From Chara braunii (Eukaryota; Plantae; Charophyceae), in contig BFEA01000010.1 of NCBI GenBank assembly GCA_003427395.1, positions 3,856,888 through 3,920,887 on the forward strand: a stretch of DNA of 64,000 nucleotides, written 5' to 3'. This document shows positions 59,378 through 64,000 of this stretch, piece after piece; position 1 is the stretch's first letter; every line of letters begins with the position of its first letter. Made by a program: the position numbers and the translations under genes. Under the pieces are notes generated by a model. It ran no database searches and was not told the DNA's origin. It saw only the letters and a program-made list of their open reading frames with translations.

Positions 59378-62300
59378 ATGAATGATGCAAGCAATAGTGA
59401 GGAGGAACGAGGAGTAGAACCTCTTAGAGTTACACGTAGAACTGGTCTCAGTCGTCCAATCGCTTTCCAAGAGTTAGCTCCAGGAGAGGAAAGGAGGCTG
59501 CAAAGGGAAGTTAGGGAGAGGGAGGCATATCAGAAGTCTAGGGCAGCAGCAGCCGGCTTAGAGGCCGAAATGGCTACCGCCTTCATGACACAGGCCTCGT
59601 CCCAGGCCTCTTCGTCAGGGGTTAGGCAAAGTGTTTCTCAGGTTTCCACTAGTCGGACTGCTGGCTTGCAAGTCAGCCCGCAGACTCAACTCACGGCGAA
59701 GGATTATGAAATCCTCCAAGCGGAAGCTCTTCATAACGAGCTGAAGCAACAGTTGAGAGATGCAACAGAGAGAAGGCAAAGAGCGATAACGAGAAAAGCT
59801 AGATTAGGAGCAAGGAGGCAGCAACTAGGGAAGTTAGAAGCACTTGATGAGTCTACATTGGACCCTGTAACACAAGTGTTGCGTCGCTCGGTGCAATGCG
59901 AGGCAAAAATGCAGGTTGTCCAGCAAGAAGTGTTGGCTCAACCAGTGACCGGTCAAGACCGGATTCTGGCTGCACTGCAGGCTCCTCGTCCAATGATGCT
60001 GTAACTCCCCCTTCATGTGCAGGTCCCTCAGTGACGTTGTTGCCGGTAGGGCCCTCCTCTCCTATGTTTGGCACACCTCCTTCAAGTCGTTAAGTAAAAG
60101 TTAGTGGTTCGGTTATCATGCAGCAACCTGTATCATTAAGGACGGTGGAATCTACAGTCTCATCATTAGGGCAGGCTCAAGTTATTGTGCAGCAACCTGT
60201 CTCAGTGGCTATGCAACCACTGCAGCAATCTCCTGGGCCAATCCAACCCATGCACTGGATGCCCAAGATTCCCTTGTTGAGTCTTAAACCTGTTTCCGGC
60301 GACAGGAAAAAGGATGAGGACCTGGACACCTGGTGAGAATTATGCTTACTTATGCGAGGCACAAGCTAGTCGCTGCCTCCTTTTTAGAGGGATCGGCAAC
60401 ACGATGGTTAAACGGTCTAATGCAGCAACAAGGCTATGGTCAAAACTTTGATGCCTGGGCCCAGGCCCAGACATTAGAGGACTTCGTACGGATTGTGTAC
60501 AACAGGTGCATGACCCTCAAAGGCTCAAAAGGCCACTGGCGCAATCAACAGTCTCAGTTCCAAACGGTACCGGACTGTGCGGGAGGTCACAAACGTCGTA
60601 GAACGTCTGATCATAGTGTCTGGTGTACGATATGACCATATGTACTCCTCACAGACTATTTGAGATGTCTGCCTACAAACGTCAAGAATAAGCTGGTGGA
60701 TGAGGTCAATGTCGACATCCATAACTTCGCTTCTTTCATCAAGAAAGCCTTAGACATAGAGGCTAAGCTTGGGTCCGCTCATCAGGGTCATGTAGATAGG
60801 AGGAAGAAACTTCCCTAAGATTGGAGGAAGAAGGGCAATCTCATGTTCGTCAACCATGATGGTCAGGCGGCGGAGATTGACGACTTCCCTGACTATGGGG
60901 AAGACACAGAGCAAGATGGGTTTTTGAGATGTTTGCCTACAAACGTCAAGAATAAGCTGGTGGATGAGGTCAATGTCGACGTCCATAACTTCGCTTCTTT
61001 CATCAAGAAAGCCTTAGACATAGAGGCTAAGCTTGGGTCCGCTCATCAGGGTCATGTAGATAGAAGGAGGAAGAAACTTCCCGAAGATTGGAGGAAGAAG
61101 GGCAATCTCATGTTCGTCGATCATGATGGTGAGGCGACGGAGATTGACGACTTCCCTGACTATGGGGAAGACAAAGAGCAGGATGGGTCTAGTGAGACTT
61201 CGAACGGGGGAGTCGTAGCACACATCAAGGAAAAGAAAAGGGGGACCGGGAAGTAGAAGGTAGGCTGGTCCAAGGGTCAGGGCGACCAAGGAATGCCCGC
61301 TAGGGGCACCTGTCTAAAGTATGGCCACACATCCAGGACATGCCGAGGTAAGAAGGTCACCACGAAGGTAGCCTCTCTAGTAGTGGTGGGCTTATCTTCG
61401 AACCCTGGTGGTACTTTTGCGAGCACTTCACAGGGAAACACATTGGGTTAGTTGGAGTGTTAACCGCTCTTACTCGTGCTGAAGTGGTACGTTGCCTTCA
61501 CCACTTCAGGCGTTGGCCAAGGCTAGTGACCCATCCATCGCCCTGCAGACACATTCAGACTCACCGATGCTCTATTAGAGAGATGTATGAGTCCATAGAA
61601 GAATTACAGTCAGAGTGGTCAGGGAAGGACCCCAAAGACTCTTGGGCGATGATCAGCAAAGGTGCTACGGGTGAGCATTTCATGGTAGAGGTTGATGTAG
61701 ATGGCCACAACGAGGGCGCCTTCGCAGACATAGACTCTACACGAAATTTCATCATTCGTGCTTGTGTAGGTAGATTGCGCTTAGGGGACCAAGTGCAACG
61801 GCTTAGCAGATCTATAGCCTCTACGCTAGCCAACGAGCACAACATGGTGATCCAAGACTATGTCAAGGACGTAGTCTACACCTTCTCCTATGGAGGATGA
61901 GAATTGAAACACAAGATCTCGTTCCTAGTCAGCGACAAACTGCCATTCGATATGTTGCTAGGCATGTACTACCTTGAGGTTGCTCAACCTCAATTTGATT
62001 AGGATAGAAAGGTGATGATTCACTAGCTGCCAAACGGTAGGACCGTTACGGTGCAGAAGCTCAAAGCTAGCCGTTTAGAGGAAAACTACAACTGCATCTC
62101 TTTCTATAACTGCCATAAGCAGAATTGCAAGGAGGGTATATACCCAGTCTTTGTCCTTGAGAAAGGGGAGGCCGCTGCATATGTGAATCCTCTTTCTATA
62201 ACTGCGATAAGCAAAATCGCGAGGAAAGTTTGTACCTAGTCTTTGTCTTTGAGAAAGGGGAGGCCGTAGAATCACCCTAAGAGATAGAAGTAGTCATTGC

Positions 62301-64000
62301 TCAGTATTCAGACCTTTTTTAGGAGCCCAGTGGTGTGGTGGAAAGGAAGGTTGTCCATGCGATAGAAGTCGTCCCTAGTTGCAAAGTACCTAGAGGACGG
62401 ATCTATAGGGTGTTTCCTACGAAGTTGGATGAGCTCCGCCGCCATCTAAAACGGCTTACAGAGAAGGGATGGATTCGGACTAGTACCTCTCCTTATGGTG
62501 CACCCGTTTTATTCGTTTTTAAGAAGGGAGGTACACTGAGGAACTGCATTGACTATAGGGGTCTCAATACCATCGCCATCAAGAACGCAGAGCCCCTACC
62601 CCGCATCGACGACCTATTGGATAGAGTGCAGGGATGTCAGTACTTCACAAACATAGATCTTAAGTCCGGATACCATTAGATTCCCATTAGACCAGAGGAC
62701 CAACACAAAACCACTCTTCAGACCAAATGCGGTCTGTATGAGTTTGTGGTGATGTCGTTTGGCCTATGCAATGCACGTGGGTCATTCCAGCATGCGATGA
62801 ATAGTATCTTTCATGACTACTTAGACAAGTTTATCGCCGTGTACCTCGACGGTATCCTTATCTTTAGTAAGATTGTAGAGGAGTACGTTGAGCACTTGAA
62901 AATAGTGCTACGTCTCCTAAGGCCTCACCAGTACACGGTCAACTTGAAGAAATGCGAGTTCGGTCGCACCAAGATCTTGTACTTGGGTCATGAAATTTAT
63001 GCGGGGATCGGTTGAGGTCGGATAATGCCAAAGTGGCCATCATACATAAAAACTATAGTACTATAGCTTCCCTATTAACCGACCTAACCCGCCTTGATAC
63101 CCCTTGGGAGTGGACCGAAGAGTGTGAAGCAAGCTTCAAGTAATTGAAGTATGCCTTGACTCACTATGAAGTCCTCAAGCTTCCAAATTTTGAACAACCC
63201 TTTATTGTGACCACAGACGCCAGCCAATATGGCATAGGCGCGGTCCTTGCAAAAAAGGAGGGGAAAAACTTAAGCTTATCGAGTACATGAGCAAAACGAT
63301 GTTTTTTTAAAAGCTAGCAAAGTTCACATATGAGCGTGAGCTCTATGCCCTCTATAGAGCGCTGGTCCATTGGAGAAAGTATCTCCTGGGCAGATTCGTC
63401 TACTACTTGAGATCTGACCATGAGACTTTGCGCTGGATCAAGACTCGGCCTGTACTCTTTGACGCATTTAAAAACCGGATTCAAGTGATAGACATGTATG
63501 ACTGTGGACTTGACCCAATCAAGGGAGAGAACAACAAAGTGGTTGATGCACTATCGGGTAGGGCAAATTATCTGGGCGCACTAGTGACTGAGTTTGGTAT
63601 ATCAGATGATGTAACTTGATCATTGGTAGAAGCCTATCAAGAGGATGAAGTTATGTCAGAAATCATCCGTAAGTTACAAGTAAAAGGCAAAGTAACTTCT
63701 GACCAGTTTACCGTAGTCAATGGCTTGCTATGTCTTGAGAAGGTTGGGAATAAAAGGTTGTGTGTACCCGAAAGGGAGTTTTTGCTTAGTTTGTTTTAAG
63801 GTGAATGTCGTGATGCAACTAGGCATTTCGACTATAGAAAAACATCAGCTAACCGAGTGCAGAGATTCTGGTAGTCGTCTATGATGCAAGATGCGAAGCA
63901 GTACGCTCAAACATGCCAGGTTTGCCAACGGGACAAACCTAGGACTCAGGCTCCGCCTGGGCTCATCAAGGCCTTGCCGATTCCTGAAGGTCCCAGTCAA
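59378..64000 (+). pseudogene. Family A copy A4 gag-pol, running off the window end
   Basis: Gag ATG at 59378, internal ~265-bp duplication near 60660-61185, protease [33 protein letters not shown] zinc finger TCQVCQRDK. Confidence 0.92.

Overview
Eukaryotic, repeat-dense intergenic window. The plant-type pyrB exon and the Ty3 protein motifs suggest a green-plant genome, possibly a charophyte alga such as Chara (inference, not verified). The only host-gene sequence is the last exon of aspartate carbamoyltransferase (434-541). Small DNA transposons follow (TTAA-flanked pair; PIF/Harbinger-like MITE), then a nest of decayed retroelements. (1) Chromovirus-type Ty3/gypsy family A occurs as four partial copies, twice joined through a single shared LTR. 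(2) An 18.1-kb non-chromovirus Ty3/gypsy element B (6899-24993, minus strand, CCGG TSD, ~2.9-kb LTRs) sits inside the chromodomain of A. (3) Chromovirus C is near-complete (29037-37833). (4) Chromovirus D (minus) is interrupted by an L1/Tx1-type LINE. The standout is element B: between its PBS and gag it carries a same-strand, operon-like cassette of six accessory ORFs of unknown function (two ~115-124 aa paralogues, then four ~240 aa paralogues), each joined to the next by overlapping or nearly abutting stop/start codons. Other notable items are candidate -1 frameshift sites, an AT-hook inside integrase chromodomains, a tRNA-like fold at an LTR start, a LINE 3' hairpin, and many local inversions and tandem duplications.
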